Source: an uncultured Pseudomonadota bacterium
GTDB taxonomy: Bacteria > Pseudomonadota > Gammaproteobacteria > Xanthomonadales > Rhodanobacteraceae
Length of the DNA: 64,000 nt
Direction of reading: 5' to 3'
Assembly: GCA_963783025.1 (NCBI GenBank)
Contig: CAWAMA010000013.1
Location: 24,139 to 88,138 of the forward strand
Shown here: positions 1 through 9,862 of the stretch, piece after piece
Layout of the letters: every line of letters begins with the position of its first letter
How positions within the stretch are numbered: position 1 is the first letter of the stretch
The notes under the pieces: generated by a model
The model's input: the letters and a program-made list of their open reading frames with translations, nothing else
Told to the model about the DNA's origin: nothing
Database searches by the model: none
Position numbers and translations under genes: made by a program

Positions 1-150
1 GCGCGGGCTGTGGTGGCGGCCAGCGCGAACGGCAGCACCGTGAATGCCGGCGATCTGGACATGATCGCGAGCGGCGACGACATGGAGATGATGCAGGACC
101 TGGATTTCTACGCCTGGCTCGATGCGCAGGACCAGGACAACAACGGCTGA
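1..150 (+). CDS. 3' end of putative anti-sigma-like protein (DUF3619-type position upstream of DUF3106), partial
   Basis: Frame 1 is open from the window edge and ends ...GDDMEMMQDLDFYAWLDAQDQDNNG*. The acidic DLDFYAWL tail is typical of the protein found between an ECF sigma factor and DUF3106. Its stop overlaps the next ATG (TGATG). Confidence 0.55.
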   Translation, partial: ARAVVAASANGSTVNAGDLDMIASGDDMEMMQDLDFYAWLDAQDQDNNG

Positions 151-425
151 TGCTGCCGCTCCTGGCCGCCGTGACGTTGGCGCTGGCGGTGCAGGCGCCG
201 TCGTCGCAATCCACGCCACCCAATGCGCCGGTGGCGAAACAGGGCAACAAGAAAATGACGCAACACGATAAATCCACGCAGGCACCCGATCTCGACCTGA
301 TCGGCTATCTCGGCGATTACGGCGATGCCGCCGATGGGCTCGATCCCATGGGCTTGGCCGAAAATGCGGCCGCGTTGAAGTCGACGAAAACCTTGCCCAA
401 AACGGCACAGGACGCGCATCCATGA
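150..425 (+). CDS. small secreted hypothetical protein
   Basis: Signal peptide (MLPLLAAVTLALAVQA), acidic DLDLIGYLGDY motif, start/stop overlaps on both sides. Confidence 0.7.
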   Translation: MLPLLAAVTLALAVQAPSSQSTPPNAPVAKQGNKKMTQHDKSTQAPDLDLIGYLGDYGDAADGLDPMGLAENAAALKSTKTLPKTAQDAHP

Positions 426-1162
426 AACGGCACGCGCTCGTTTGCGCGATCTTGATTGCGGCGGCCTTGCTCGCATGCGCCGGTGCGTGGGCGCAGGATC
501 AATCGCCGCCGGTGGCCGCGGCGCAGGCGGCACCGATTCCGTGGTCGGGCCTGAGTGCTGCCGAACAACAGGTGCTCGCGCCGGCGCAGGAGCGATGGGA
601 CACGCTGTCGCCGGCTGCGCAGCGGCGTTTGCAGCGTGGCGCGCAACGCTGGGCGACGATGAGTCCCGAGCAGCGCGATAACGTGCGGCAGCGCTTCCAG
701 AAGTGGAACAGCCTGACGTCCGAGCAACGCGCGCAATTGCGCGAGCGTTACGAGAAATTCAAGCGCCTGCCGCCGGCACAGCAGGAGCGCATCCGCAAGG
801 CGTTCAAGCGCTTTTCCAGCCTGCCGCCGGCGCAGCGCCAGGCGCTGCGCGAGAAATTCAAGGCGATGAATCCGGCCGAACGCCGCGCCTTCATCGCCGG
901 CGCGCAGGCGCAAAACCAGGCGGGTCATGCACACGAATTCTTCCGTTCGATCCCGCAGCAAGAACGCCAGCCGACGCGGCAGATGCTGCAGGCGCTGACG
1001 CCGGACGAACGCCGCGCGTTCCGCCAGGCCTGGCACGGCCTGCCGGCTGACCAACGCAATGCCTACCGGCAGGGCCTGTTGCGCATGACGCCGCAGCAAC
1101 GCAGCGCCGAGCTGGCCAAACCGCATCCGGCACTGCACCCGCCGCGTGCACACCCGCATTGA
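422..1162 (+). CDS. DUF3106 domain periplasmic helical-repeat protein
   Basis: Signal peptide then PWSGLSAAEQQVLAP..WDTL and repeated W/F-x2-L-x-P-x-Q-R units. Confidence 0.8.
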   Translation: MKRHALVCAILIAAALLACAGAWAQDQSPPVAAAQAAPIPWSGLSAAEQQVLAPAQERWDTLSPAAQRRLQRGAQRWATMSPEQRDNVRQRFQKWNSLTSEQRAQLRERYEKFKRLPPAQQERIRKAFKRFSSLPPAQRQALREKFKAMNPAERRAFIAGAQAQNQAGHAHEFFRSIPQQERQPTRQMLQALTPDERRAFRQAWHGLPADQRNAYRQGLLRMTPQQRSAELAKPHPALHPPRAHPH

Positions 1163-1182
1163 TCGCGCGATAACGGGAGCGA

Positions 1183-2411
1183 TCAGGCCGTGGCCAGGCT
1201 GATCACGAACGCGGCGGCGATGCCGAGAGAAATCATGATCGTGTAGCAGATGCCGATCGCGCCGAATTTCATGGTCGTGAAGAACCAGCCCTGGCCGTAG
1301 ACCTTTTTCTGCATGACGAACAGGTAGATGGGAATCCACCACGCCATGACCGTCAGCAGCAGACCGAGTATTGGCGCCAACCAGGGCGCGCCGGTCAGTG
1401 CAGCCGCGTGCGCGAAGCCGACGAGCGCGAACAGCAGCAGGGAAAGGAAAACGAAGGCGTGGCTGTGCAGCGCCACGATCAGGTGCTCCATGTACAGGCG
1501 GCGCTTGAAGATATAGAAGATCTTCAGCAGCAGCGCGAACAACGGCATGAGCACGAACAACACCTGCGGCAGCACGCCGAGAGCGCCGGCAATGAGCAGG
1601 GTCGGGTCCTTGCGGATGCGTGGGATGTTGTCCTTGGCGTGTTCGATCGCCGCGTTCAGGCGCGCGTTCGCGAAACTCCGGCAGCCAGGAAATGCGCAAT
1701 GGATTGGTTTTCGCATCCCAGGGTTTGTCGTTGAATCTCACCGTGTCCAGGTCGGGATCGGCCGGCAGCGTCTCGCCCTTGGCCTTGGCGTCGGCGACTT
1801 TTTGCAGATACGCCAGGCGTGCGTCGGCTTCCTTGCGGATCTTCGCGGCGCTCTTTTCCATGCCGGCGTCGATTGTCTTGCTTGACGTCGCTGGGCGCCG
1901 TGGTTGCGCCGATGACCGCACTGACGTGATGGCCTTGGCGGAGCTGTACGTTGGCCAACTCCGCATCGCGCCGCGCGATCACCTCCTGCGGCGTCATCGC
2001 GGACGAAATGCCCGGCGTGTCGCTGTCGTCGAAGTTGACCACGTATTTGCCCAGGTGCGATTCGCCGAGCGTGAACTGGATCGTGAAAAACGCGAGCACG
2101 CTCAGGAAAAAATACAGCCGGAACGGCGTCACGTAACGCGTGCGACGGCCGGCGAAATACTCGCGGGTCAGGAAACCAGGGCGGAAATACAGCGGCAGCA
2201 GGCTGTGGAAGACGCGCGAATCGATGTTGAAGATCGTGTCGGCGACGTCATGCAGCATGCCCGACAGCGGCCGGATCATGCCTTTGACCGGCTGCCCGCA
2301 GGCATGGCAATAAGCACCTTGCAGCGGTACTCCGCAGTTCAGGCACGGGGTGATGGGACGCGCCGGCGCCGGTGCGGGTGGTGCGGCTGTCGGAGAGGTG
2401 TCGTCATTCAT
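1183..2411 (-). CDS. DUF3667 domain membrane protein (frameshifted)
   Basis: N-terminal CLNCG...YCHACGQ zinc ribbon, RPGFLTREYFAGRRTRYVTPFRLY motif, C-terminal TMs with YMEHLIVALH; split over three frames. Confidence 0.8.
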
Positions 2412-2499
2412 GCTGCGCACTGTATCCGATCGAGTGCCCTGCGGCGCGGTTGGCGTCGCGTCCTGCGGTTACACTGCGCGACCCCGCCAGGAATCGCAG

Positions 2500-3852
2500 A
2501 TGTCCTACCTGCCGCCACGCTTGCACAGCGAGTTGCGCGAAACCCTGCGCCTGGCCGCGCCGCTGGTGCTCGGTCAGTTGTCGGCGGTCGGCATGAACGT
2601 CGTCGATACCTTGCTGGCCGGACACTACAGCGCGCAAACGCTGGCGTCGGTCGCAATCGGCACGAACGTGTGGATGCTTGCGATCGTCGCCGCGATCGGC
2701 GTGATGCTGGCGATGCCGCCGTCGGTCGCGCACCGGTACGGCGCCGGCGAACGCGAATCCATCGGCACGTTGCTGCGCCAGGCGCTGTGGCTGGCCGCTG
2801 GAATCGGCGTCGTACTATTTTTCGCCGTGCGCCACGCCGGAGGCTTGATGCGGCTGATGGGCATCGCGCCGGATATCGCCGAGCAGGCGCAATTGTTCCT
2901 GCATGCAATTTCCTGGGGCGCGCCGGCGCTGACCGGCTATTTCGCGCTGCGCGGATTTTCCGAAGGCTTGACCCTGACCCGCCCGACCATGTACTTCGGT
3001 GCGTTCGGGCTCGTCCTGCTCGCGCCGGTCGGCTACGTGTTCATGTACGGTGCGTTCGGCCTGCCTGCGCGCGGCGCGCAAGGTTCCGGCATGGCCACAG
3101 CCGCGGTGCTGTGGGTGCAATTCGCCGCGTTCGCCACCTACATCGCGCGCCGCCGCCACTACGCGATCTACGCGCCGTTCGCGCACTGGCAGTGGCCGCA
3201 GGCGCGCGCGCTTTTCGATCTGCTGCGGCTGGGCGTGCCGATGGGCATTTCGTTGTTCATGGAAGGCGGTCTGTTCGTCACGGCGGCGCTCCTGATCGGC
3301 TCGCTGGGCGCCGACGTCGTTGCCGGCCACCAGATCGCGATCAACGTCGCCTCGGTCACGTTCATGGTGCCGCTGGGCCTGGCCATGGCGACGACCGTAC
3401 GCGTGGGCCGCGCGGCGGGACGCGGCGATCGGGATGGTGCGCGCTGGGCGGGATTCGTCGGTATCGGCACGTCGCTCGCGTCGCAGCTCGTCTCTTGCGC
3501 GCTGATGGCGCTGTTCCCGCACGCGATTGCGGCGCTCTACACCGACGATGCGACCGTGGCCGCGATCGCCGCACAATTGCTGCTGTTCGCGGCCGCGTTC
3601 CAGTTCTCCGACGGCATCCAGGTCACCGCGAACGGCGCGCTGCGCGGACTCAAGGACACGATCGGGCCGATGGCGATCACCACGCTCGCCTACTGGGGCA
3701 TCGGCATGCCGGCGGGTTACCTGCTGTGTTTCCACTTCGGCCACGGCGCGCCTGGCATGTGGACTGGCCTCATTGCGGGCTTGAGCGCCGCCGCCGTGCT
3801 GCTGTTCGTGCGCTTCGCGCGCGAGTCGCGCGATGGCCTTGCGAAAACATGA
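2500..3852 (+). CDS. MATE family efflux transporter (NorM-like)
   Basis: LRLAAPLVLGQL, VDTLLAGH, AGHQIAIN, FQFSDGIQV motifs; about 12 TMs. Confidence 0.92.
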   Translation: MSYLPPRLHSELRETLRLAAPLVLGQLSAVGMNVVDTLLAGHYSAQTLASVAIGTNVWMLAIVAAIGVMLAMPPSVAHRYGAGERESIGTLLRQALWLAAGIGVVLFFAVRHAGGLMRLMGIAPDIAEQAQLFLHAISWGAPALTGYFALRGFSEGLTLTRPTMYFGAFGLVLLAPVGYVFMYGAFGLPARGAQGSGMATAAVLWVQFAAFATYIARRRHYAIYAPFAHWQWPQARALFDLLRLGVPMGISLFMEGGLFVTAALLIGSLGADVVAGHQIAINVASVTFMVPLGLAMATTVRVGRAAGRGDRDGARWAGFVGIGTSLASQLVSCALMALFPHAIAALYTDDATVAAIAAQLLLFAAAFQFSDGIQVTANGALRGLKDTIGPMAITTLAYWGIGMPAGYLLCFHFGHGAPGMWTGLIAGLSAAAVLLFVRFARESRDGLAKT

Positions 3853-3915
3853 CCTTCAGCGCGTGCCCGGCTCGGCCGTATCGGTTAGGCTTGCGCAAAC
3901 TTTGCGGAGAATCCC

Positions 3916-5763
3916 ATGGCTGAGCAACAACGCGGCGCGATCATGCGCTTGCTGACCGGTGTCTGGAACCTGTTCAATTTCACCCGGCGCCTGGTGTTCG
4001 GCGTGATCGCGCTGTTCCTGCTGATCGGTTTCATCGCCGCGTTGCGCACGGGTACGCCGAAGCTGCTCGACAAGACCGCGCTCGTGCTCGATCCGAAAGG
4101 CAGCATCGTCGAGCAGTACACGAACGACGCCGCGCAGCGCGCGTTGTCGAATCTCGCCGGCGACAAGTCCAGGCAGACGCAGTTGCGCGACATCCTCACC
4201 GCGATCGACAAGGCAGCCAAGGATCCGCGCATCGCACGCATTGTGCTCGAGCCGGATGGCATCGACAGCGCCGGCCTGGCGATATCACGCGAGATCGGCG
4301 CCGCGCTGGATCGCTTCAAGGCGACCGGCAAGCCGGTGATCGCGGTTTCCAACGGCATGACCCAGGGCCAGTACTACCTCGCCGCGCACGCAAGCACGAT
4401 TCTGCTGCATCCGGATTCGCTCGAAGGGGTGCTGCTGACCGGCTTCGGCGCCTACCGCAGCTACTACAAGGACGCGCTCGACTGGCTCGGCGTGGACGTG
4501 CACGTGTTCAAGGTCGGCACGTTCAAGTCGTATCCCGAACCCTACGTGCGCAACGACGCCTCGCCCGCGGCGAAGGAAGCGGACTTGTTCTGGATGAACG
4601 ACCTGTGGGGCGATTACCTCAAGGACATCGCCGCGGCGCGGCACCTGGACGCCGCGAAAATCTCCGCGCAGATCGCCGGCGGCGCCGACGCGATCAAAAC
4701 CGCGGGCGGCGACATGGCCAAGCTCGCGCTCGACGCCAAGCTCGTCGACAAGCTCGCGACCCCGGATGAGGTGCGGCAGATGCTGATCGCCGACGGTGCG
4801 CGCGACAGGCACAGCTACCGCCAGATCGATTTCGCCGACTACGCGGCGCTGGTCGAGCGCGAACATCCGCTGGACACGCGTCCGCAAGTCGCGGTCGTCG
4901 TGGCCGAAGGCGAAATCCTGCCGGGCGACCAGCCGCAGGGCACGGTCGGCGGACTGTCCACGGCGAAACTCATCCGCGCCGCGCGCAACGAGGATCAGGT
5001 CAAGGCAGTCGTGCTGCGGGTGAATTCGCCGGGCGGCGACGCGTTCTCGTCCGAGCTGATCCGGCGCGAAGTGGAATTGACGAAGGCGGCGGGCAAACCC
5101 GTGATCGTGTCGATGGGCAATGTCGCCGCGTCCGGCGGCTACTGGATCTCGATGGACGGCACGCAAATCTTCGCCGAGCCGACGACGATCACCGGTTCGA
5201 TCGGCATCTTCGGCATCATGATGAACATCCCGAACACGCTCGCGAGGATCGGCGTGCACACGGATGGCGTCGGTACCACGCCGCTCGCCGATCCGATCGA
5301 TCCGCGCCGCGCGTTGAACCCGGACGTCGGCGCGACGCTGCAGGCGGTGATCGAGCGCGGCTACCAGCGCTTCATCGGCAAGGTCGCGGCGGCACGGCAC
5401 AAGACGCCGGAGCAGATCGACGCGATCGCGCAGGGCCGCGTGTGGAGCGGCACGCAGGCCAAGGAGCGCGGGCTCGTCGACAAGATCGGCGGTTTGAAGG
5501 ACGCGATCGCCGCGGCGGCACAGACTGCGAATCTCGGCGACAACTATCGCGTGAGTTACGTGGAAAAACCGCTCACGTTCTGGGAGCGGATCGCGATGAA
5601 CATGAGCAACGACGCACTCGTGAGTTTCGCCCATGCCGTGCTGCCGCAGATGCCGCTCGGCCTGCTCGACCAGCCGCAGATCCGCGAGCAGTTGCGACTG
5701 CTGGAAAGCGCGCGCGACGGCAAGCTGGGTGTGTATGCGTATTGTTTTTGTTCGATGAGGTAG
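3916..5763 (+). CDS. sppA: signal peptide peptidase SppA (protease IV, long form)
   Basis: VLRVNSPGG, SMGNVAASGGYWIS, TGSIGIFG, GRVWSG motifs. Confidence 0.95.
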   Translation: MAEQQRGAIMRLLTGVWNLFNFTRRLVFGVIALFLLIGFIAALRTGTPKLLDKTALVLDPKGSIVEQYTNDAAQRALSNLAGDKSRQTQLRDILTAIDKAAKDPRIARIVLEPDGIDSAGLAISREIGAALDRFKATGKPVIAVSNGMTQGQYYLAAHASTILLHPDSLEGVLLTGFGAYRSYYKDALDWLGVDVHVFKVGTFKSYPEPYVRNDASPAAKEADLFWMNDLWGDYLKDIAAARHLDAAKISAQIAGGADAIKTAGGDMAKLALDAKLVDKLATPDEVRQMLIADGARDRHSYRQIDFADYAALVEREHPLDTRPQVAVVVAEGEILPGDQPQGTVGGLSTAKLIRAARNEDQVKAVVLRVNSPGGDAFSSELIRREVELTKAAGKPVIVSMGNVAASGGYWISMDGTQIFAEPTTITGSIGIFGIMMNIPNTLARIGVHTDGVGTTPLADPIDPRRALNPDVGATLQAVIERGYQRFIGKVAAARHKTPEQIDAIAQGRVWSGTQAKERGLVDKIGGLKDAIAAAAQTANLGDNYRVSYVEKPLTFWERIAMNMSNDALVSFAHAVLPQMPLGLLDQPQIREQLRLLESARDGKLGVYAYCFCSMR

Positions 5764-5927
5764 ATGGCCTGCCTCGCTGCGCTCGGGTTGTTGCTAGGCT
5801 CGCGCGTCCAGTGCTCGCCAAGCAACCCGGCCGCTCGCTCCGGCTCGCGGCGTTCGAGCTCGCGCGCGATGCGATTCAACGCATCGCGCAAACGTTCGCT
5901 CTCACCCACCCGCATCCTCGTAGCGCC

Positions 5928-6134
5928 TTATCCTGCTGCCTTCTTCTGCTCGTCGACGGTCTTTTGCACGTCCTTGGCTTTTTGCAGCGCCTTCACGTCG
6001 CTGCTGAACACGTTCGAGTCCGGCAGCGGCTGTGCCGGTTGCGCGGCGGCGGCTTTCGGCGGCGGTGGCGCATCCGCGCCGCAGGCGGAGAGTCCGAGCG
6101 CGACGACAGCAAGTGCGATGGTGGCGATTTTCAT
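5928..6134 (-). CDS. small lipoprotein
   Basis: MKIATIALAVVALGLSAC lipobox; ALQKAKDVQKTVD tail. Confidence 0.7.
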   Translation of the reverse strand: MKIATIALAVVALGLSACGADAPPPPKAAAAQPAQPLPDSNVFSSDVKALQKAKDVQKTVDEQKKAAG

Positions 6135-6195
6135 GGCGGTTCCCCGGTGAATTGCGTAGAGTCTGCGCCGTGAATCTTCGCACTTCAAGGCGAAC

Positions 6196-6978
6196 ATGAC
6201 CGCGGATCCGGCACGCTGGCGCCTGGACGGCCAGACCGCGCTGATCACCGGCGCGAGCAAGGGTATTGGCCTGGCCTGCGCGCGCGAGTTCGCGCTGCTC
6301 GGCGCGGACGTGCTCATGGTCGCGCGCGACGAGGCGCATCTGGAATCCGCGCGCGCGGAATTGGCCGAAGAATGCCCCGAACGCGAGATCCTCGCATTCG
6401 CGGCGGACGTCGCCGATCACGAGCAACGTCTGGAAGTGTTCGACTGGATCGCGGACCTCGATACCGCGCTGTCGCTGCTCGTGAACAACGCCGGCATGAA
6501 CCTGCGCAAGCCGACGCTGGACTACGACGACGCGGAAGTGCGCGCGCTGATCGAAACGAACCTGCTGTCCGCATTCGCGATGTGCCGGCTCGCGCATCCG
6601 CACCTGGTCGAACACGCAAACGCGGCGATCGTGAACGTGGGTTCGGTATCCGGCATGACGCACGTGCGCACCGGTTCGCCGTACGGCATGACGAAGGCCG
6701 CGCTCGGGCAATTGACCAAGAATCTCGCCTGCGAGTGGGCCGAGGACGGCATCCGCGTGAACGCGGTCGCGCCGTGGTACATCCGCACGCAGCGCACCGA
6801 AGGCACGCTCGCGGACCCGGATTACCTGGACGAAGTGCTGCAACGCACGCCGCTCGCGCGCATCGGCGAGCCGGAAGAAGTCGCCGCGGCCGCCGCGTTC
6901 CTGTGCCTGCCGGCGGCGAGCTACATCACCGGCGAGATCGTCGCGGTGGATGGCGGATTCCTTAAATACGGCTTTTGA
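6196..6978 (+). CDS. SDR oxidoreductase, tropinone reductase-like
   Basis: TGASKGIG, NNAG, YGMTK, VNAVAPW motifs. Confidence 0.92.
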   Translation: MTADPARWRLDGQTALITGASKGIGLACAREFALLGADVLMVARDEAHLESARAELAEECPEREILAFAADVADHEQRLEVFDWIADLDTALSLLVNNAGMNLRKPTLDYDDAEVRALIETNLLSAFAMCRLAHPHLVEHANAAIVNVGSVSGMTHVRTGSPYGMTKAALGQLTKNLACEWAEDGIRVNAVAPWYIRTQRTEGTLADPDYLDEVLQRTPLARIGEPEEVAAAAAFLCLPAASYITGEIVAVDGGFLKYGF

Positions 6979-7020
6979 CCGCGCGCGCGTCGGCCGCGGC
7001 CCGTCACCCGTTATTGGCCG

Positions 7021-7082
7021 GCGCCGCCGGATAGGGCGCGAGTCCGCGCGCGTTCGTCCCGGCCGGTGGCGCAGTTTTTTTT
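7021..7082 (+). terminator. possible intrinsic terminator after SDR gene
   Basis: GCGCCGCCGG...CCGGTGGCGC stem followed by a T8 run; the loop is long. Confidence 0.35.
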
Positions 7083-7157
7083 CACGGCAGGTGCGTTCGC
7101 TGCCTGAAGTTGTTGTACGCTCGACGCTGCTGTATCCCCAAACGAGGTCAAGACGAC

Positions 7158-7511
7158 ATGGCGACGAAGAAGAAAGCGAGCAAGAGCGCCGGCGCGAAGC
7201 CGATCAAGGAAGTGCTGAACAAATCCGCGTTGGTCGCGCATATCGCGAACAGCAGCGGCGTATCTGCGCGTGATGTTCGCGCAGTATTTGAGGCACTGGA
7301 CGGCGCGATGGCTGGATCGGTGCACAAGAACGGTTCCGGTACGTTCATGCTGCCCGGCCTGTTGAAAGTGACGGCGGTGAAAGTTCCCGCGAAGCCGAAG
7401 CGTCAGGGCATCAATCCGTTCACGAAGGTCGAACAGTGGTTTGCGGCAAAGCCGGCGACCGTGAAAGTGAAAGTCCGTCCGCTGAAGCGCCTGAAAGACG
7501 CTGCGCTCTGA
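7158..7511 (+). CDS. HU family DNA-binding protein (divergent type, Lys-rich N-terminus)
   Basis: NKSALVAHIA, FMLPGLLKV, RQGINPFT, AKPA..VKVRPLKRLKD. Confidence 0.88.
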   Translation: MATKKKASKSAGAKPIKEVLNKSALVAHIANSSGVSARDVRAVFEALDGAMAGSVHKNGSGTFMLPGLLKVTAVKVPAKPKRQGINPFTKVEQWFAAKPATVKVKVRPLKRLKDAAL

Positions 7512-7638
7512 GCACGCAGCAGCAACCGACGGCGTAGCTGCCGTCCACCGACCGACGGATGCCGCGCGGCGTTCGTCGGCGGGTTTGCTCCCACGATGCG
7601 CACGGAATCCCGGTTGCGGGAGGGTGTACTCTTTCGGC

Positions 7639-8322
7639 ATGCTCGAACAGTTCGGACCGTCGCTTTACGTCGCGGAAGGGCCAACCGTCTCATTCTTCGG
7701 TTTTCCGTATCCCACGCGCATGGCCGTCGCGCGCCTTGCGGACGGCAGCGTCTGGGTGTGGTCGCCCGTTGCGCTTACCGAAGAGCTGGCCGACGCGGTG
7801 AACGCGATCGGGCCGGTGCGCTGCATCGTCTCGCCGAACAAGCTGCATCATCTGTTTCTGCGGGAGTGGGCGGAGCGCTGGCCCAACGCGCGACTTTATG
7901 CGCCGCCCGGTCTCGCACGCAGAAAATTCGGCCTGCGTTTTCATGCGGAACTGGATGACGCGCCGAACCCGGCGTGGGAAGCGGACATCGATCAGGTCGT
8001 TTTTCGCGGCTCGTTCGCAATGTCCGAAGTGGTATTTTTCCATCGCGCCTCGCGCACCGCGATCGTCGGCGATCTGATCCAGCGTTTTTCCGAGGCAAAC
8101 GTTTCCGGCTGGAAGAGAATGCTCCTGAAAGTCGGCGGCTTGCTCGGTGAGCGTGGCAGCACTCCGCGCGATTGGCGCGCGAGCTTCCTGCGCCACGGCC
8201 CCGCGCGCACGGCACGCCAGAAAGTGCTCGCATGGAATCCGCAACGCTTGCTGATCGCGCATGGAATGTGCGCGCAGGCCGGAGCGTCGGAAATAATCAA
8301 AGCGGCCTTGAGTTGGATGTAA
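7639..8322 (+). CDS. DUF4336 domain protein (MBL-like fold)
   Basis: YPTRMAVARL, WVWSP, IVSPNKLHHL, EVVFFH..SRT...GDL motifs. Confidence 0.85.
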   Translation: MLEQFGPSLYVAEGPTVSFFGFPYPTRMAVARLADGSVWVWSPVALTEELADAVNAIGPVRCIVSPNKLHHLFLREWAERWPNARLYAPPGLARRKFGLRFHAELDDAPNPAWEADIDQVVFRGSFAMSEVVFFHRASRTAIVGDLIQRFSEANVSGWKRMLLKVGGLLGERGSTPRDWRASFLRHGPARTARQKVLAWNPQRLLIAHGMCAQAGASEIIKAALSWM

Positions 8323-8342
8323 GGCGCTGCGCGTGGCATCCA

Positions 8343-8358
8343 TAGCCGAAAACGGCTA
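8343..8358. promoter_or_regulatory. palindrome upstream of ada/alkA, candidate operator
   Basis: TAGCCG-AAAA-CGGCTA ending about 35 bp before the start codon. Confidence 0.4.
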
Positions 8359-8392
8359 GTTTCGGCGCGACGGCGGCGTTAGGATCGTCGCT

Positions 8393-9853
8393 ATGCCGAT
8401 GGAACCTTCCCGCGTTGGACTCGATTCGAAGGCCTGCGAACAGGCGCGCCTGACGCGCGACGCGCGTTTCGACGGCTTGTTCTTCACCGCCGTGCGCACG
8501 ACCGGCATCTATTGCCGCCCGGTGTGCCCCGCGCCGACCGCGCATGCGCGCAACGTCGAATATTTCCCGAACGCGGCGGCTGCCGCGAGCGCGGGTTACC
8601 GGCCATGCCTGCGCTGCCGGCCGGAAGCGGCGGCCGGCACGCCGCTCACGCGCGCGCGCAGCGAACTCGTCGCCGCTGCGCTGCGCATGATCGATGCCGG
8701 CGCTCTGGATGAAGCGTCCGTTGCGCAGCTCGCGCGTCGTATCGGTATCGGCGAGCGTCATCTGCGCCGTCTGTTCGTCGCCGAACTTGGCGCGGGTCCG
8801 GCGGAAATCGCGGCGACGCGGCGCTTGTTGTTCGCGAAGAAGCTGTTGACGGAGACCGCGTTGCCGGTCACGCGCATCGCGCACGCGGCCGGCTACGCAA
8901 GCCTGCGCCGCTTCAACACGGCGTTCCTCGATGGTTACGGTCGCGCGCCGCGTGTCATCCGACGTGAACTGTCCGCACCGGCGCATAGCACGTTGACGTT
9001 GCGCGTGCCGTTCCGCGCGCCCTACGATTTTCCCGCGCTGCTCGCGTTCTTCGAGCGCCGCGCGATTCCCGGACTCGAACACGTGGATGCGCACAGTTAC
9101 ACGCGCCGCTTCGCGTTCGACGGCAAGGCCGGATCGCTGCGCGTGACGCGGATGCGCGGCGAGGACGCGCTTGCGTTGACTGTCGATTTCCCGGATACGG
9201 CCCGGCTGCAAGCGATTTGCGCGCGTGTGCGCCGCCTGTTCGACGTGGATGCGGACATCGCCACGATAACCGCGCAACTCGCGAGCGATCCGCGTTTGCG
9301 CGCTTTCGTGCGCCGCCACCCGGGTCAACGCCTGCCCGGCGGCTGGGACGGTTTCGAGATCGCGGTGCGCGCGGTGCTCGGCCAGCAGATCAGCGTAGCG
9401 GCAGCGCGCACGCTCGCGACGCGCCTGCTCGATCGCTTCGGCGAACCGGCGACCTTGCCGAATGGCGAAGCGTTCCGTGTGTTTCCCATGCCATCGACGC
9501 TGGCCGACGCCGATCTGACCCGCATCGGCCTGCCGCGCACGCGTGCGCAAACGCTGAACGCGATCGCACGCGCGCTGTGCGACGGCGGCGTGGATTTCCG
9601 GCCCGAGCAATCACTGGATGATTTTGCCGCGAGTTGGTGCGAGTTGCCCGGTATCGGCGCCTGGACTGCGCATTACATCGCGATGCGTGCGCAAAGCCAT
9701 CCGGATGCGTTTCCGGCGGCGGACCTGGTCCTGCGCAAGATGCTGGGCGATCGCGGCATGCTTTTGTCCGCGCGCGCCGTCGAATCCCTCGCCGATCGCT
9801 GGCGGCCGTGGCGCGCCTACGCGGTGATGCACTTGTGGCGCAACGCAAACTGA
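8393..9853 (+). CDS. alkA: Ada metal-binding/AraC regulator fused to AlkA DNA-3-methyladenine glycosylase II
   Basis: TGIYCRPVCP..CLRCRP, HTH, VLGQQIS, LPGIGAWTA HhH, DAFPAAD, WRPWRAYA. Confidence 0.95.
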   Translation: MPMEPSRVGLDSKACEQARLTRDARFDGLFFTAVRTTGIYCRPVCPAPTAHARNVEYFPNAAAAASAGYRPCLRCRPEAAAGTPLTRARSELVAAALRMIDAGALDEASVAQLARRIGIGERHLRRLFVAELGAGPAEIAATRRLLFAKKLLTETALPVTRIAHAAGYASLRRFNTAFLDGYGRAPRVIRRELSAPAHSTLTLRVPFRAPYDFPALLAFFERRAIPGLEHVDAHSYTRRFAFDGKAGSLRVTRMRGEDALALTVDFPDTARLQAICARVRRLFDVDADIATITAQLASDPRLRAFVRRHPGQRLPGGWDGFEIAVRAVLGQQISVAAARTLATRLLDRFGEPATLPNGEAFRVFPMPSTLADADLTRIGLPRTRAQTLNAIARALCDGGVDFRPEQSLDDFAASWCELPGIGAWTAHYIAMRAQSHPDAFPAADLVLRKMLGDRGMLLSARAVESLADRWRPWRAYAVMHLWRNAN

Positions 9854-9862
9854 GGTTCTACG

